From the NCBI GenBank assembly GCA_017883605.1, contig JADGNH010000001.1:1-56691 (forward strand): DNA of 56,691 nucleotides, written 5' to 3'. The notes under the pieces were generated by a model that saw only the letters and a list, made by a program, of their open reading frames with translations, was not told where the DNA came from and ran no database searches. This DNA is from Methanobacteriaceae archaeon. GTDB taxonomy: Archaea; Methanobacteriota; Methanobacteria; Methanobacteriales; Methanobacteriaceae. Positions within the stretch are counted from its first letter, which is position 1; each line of letters starts with the position of its first letter. Positions 55,711-56,691 of this stretch are shown here, piece after piece. Both the position numbers and the translations under genes were made by a program.

Positions 55711-55892
55711 CTGAATTATCTGAGAGGATAACTTATAAATCTGAAATTTTATAGTTTGAATTGTATGGAAATTAGTCGTGACACTGCCCGGGATATCTAT
55801 TTCAGCTAATTTCTCTATGATATTTGGTAGCAGTTCATATGTGATAACTAGTTTATAAGAAGAATTATAAGAAGAATTTAATTATTGGGTGG

Positions 55893-56501
55893 ATGATTGA
55901 AATGTTAGAATACAACGGAATACACTATTACACTAACCCCCAGGTATACGAACCCGCAGAAGACACCTTTCTCCTGGCAGATAACCTCCAGGTGAAAAGA
56001 AGATCTAATGTGCTGGAAATTGGTACCGGAACGGGGATCATAGCTATAACCGCCGCTAGAAAAGCTCGCATGGTAATTGCCACGGACATAAATCCCTCTG
56101 CCATACAATGTGCCACCAAAAATATCGTGGCCAACAAGGTTTTTAACATTGAATTAAGAAAAGGAGATCTTTTTGATCCTGTAAAAGGAGAAAAATTCGA
56201 TCTAATCATCTTTAACACCCCATATCTCCCTACTTCTGAGGATGAACTGACCGATGATGATCTTAACGCTGCCTGGTATGGTGGATCCGACGGTAGAGAG
56301 GTTATAGAGAGATTTATCACAGATCTGCCCCACCATCTTAATGCCGGTGGGAAGGTGCAGATGTTGCAGTCTTCCCTATCAGATATAGACAAAACAATTA
56401 AAAAATTAGAGGAACTTGGACTGGAGGCCTCTGTAACTGCAAAAGAAAAGTTATTCTTTGAAGAAACGGTGGTAATTACTGGAATCTTAAAAAAAGTTTA
56501 A
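55893..56501 (+). CDS. HemK/Mtq2-type SAM-dependent methyltransferase (release-factor glutamine methyltransferase-like)
   Basis: Contains VYEPAEDTFLL, VLEIGTGTGIIAI and the NPPY-type motif FNTPYLP. An alternative start is at 55902. Confidence 0.8.
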   Translation: MIEMLEYNGIHYYTNPQVYEPAEDTFLLADNLQVKRRSNVLEIGTGTGIIAITAARKARMVIATDINPSAIQCATKNIVANKVFNIELRKGDLFDPVKGEKFDLIIFNTPYLPTSEDELTDDDLNAAWYGGSDGREVIERFITDLPHHLNAGGKVQMLQSSLSDIDKTIKKLEELGLEASVTAKEKLFFEETVVITGILKKV

Positions 56502-56691
56502 TTAATACAGTTTTCATGCGTCTAAGTTTAAAATAAAGTACTTAAACAATCTAAAAATAAAGTCTTTAGTATTAGCCTAAATTTGTGTATTCTGGCTTTA
56601 TACTCGTTTAAATTACCTCCAAACTTTCAAAACAAAAAAACACGGCCTGGGATTTACATATTCCATTTTAACATTTTCAATAGGTGTTCCT

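Overview
This is an AT-rich archaeal chromosome segment, almost certainly from a hydrogenotrophic methanogen of the Methanobacteriales. The evidence is the frhADGB F420-reducing hydrogenase operon, hypF, a family-B DNA polymerase truncated right after the YADTD motif (PolB1 type), GGTGA/GGAGG ribosome-binding sites, and archaeal information-processing genes. Layout: 1-10.1 kb is an accessory redox/detox neighbourhood (three flavodoxin-like proteins, nitroreductase, three GNATs, a hydrolase, a methyltransferase, two MarR and one ArsR regulator, with tfe embedded). 10.4-13.7 kb holds PolB1 and an archaeal nicotinate phosphoribosyltransferase. 13.8-20.2 kb holds a terpene-cyclase-repeat protein, a methyltransferase, a QueG-like Fe-S protein, nitroreductase, HxlR, LarB and an epimerase. 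20.6-22.9 kb is hypF. 23.1-27.9 kb is a wHTH regulator divergent from grpE-dnaK-dnaJ. 28.6-29.0 kb holds RNase P RNA and initiator tRNA-Met, both found by eye. 32.1-35.5 kb is frhADGB. 37.2-37.4 kb holds two tRNA-Arg genes. 37.9-48.2 kb runs EndoQ, PAC2, Nop10, aIF2-alpha, S27e, L44e, GINS, PCNA, TFS, Nudix, DUF99, RpoL, Csl4 and Dph2. 48.4-56.5 kb runs Hpt, SRP54, Pus10, L21e, RpoF, DUF655, KsgA and a HemK-like methyltransferase. I found no transposase, integrase, CRISPR array or recognisable defence system, and I cannot honestly name a new multi-gene system. The points most worth a second look are: the tRNAiMet/RNase P RNA tandem with only a T7 tract between them; tandem promoter-like repeats with a candidate regulator upstream of the dnaK operon; a strongly SD-preceded 30-aa Cys-rich micro-ORF with a 19-bp repeat array next to HxlR; a helically phased 11-bp x9 repeat upstream of tfs; a frame-broken Asp/Gly-rich micro-ORF downstream of frh; and four homopolymer-associated frame disruptions.
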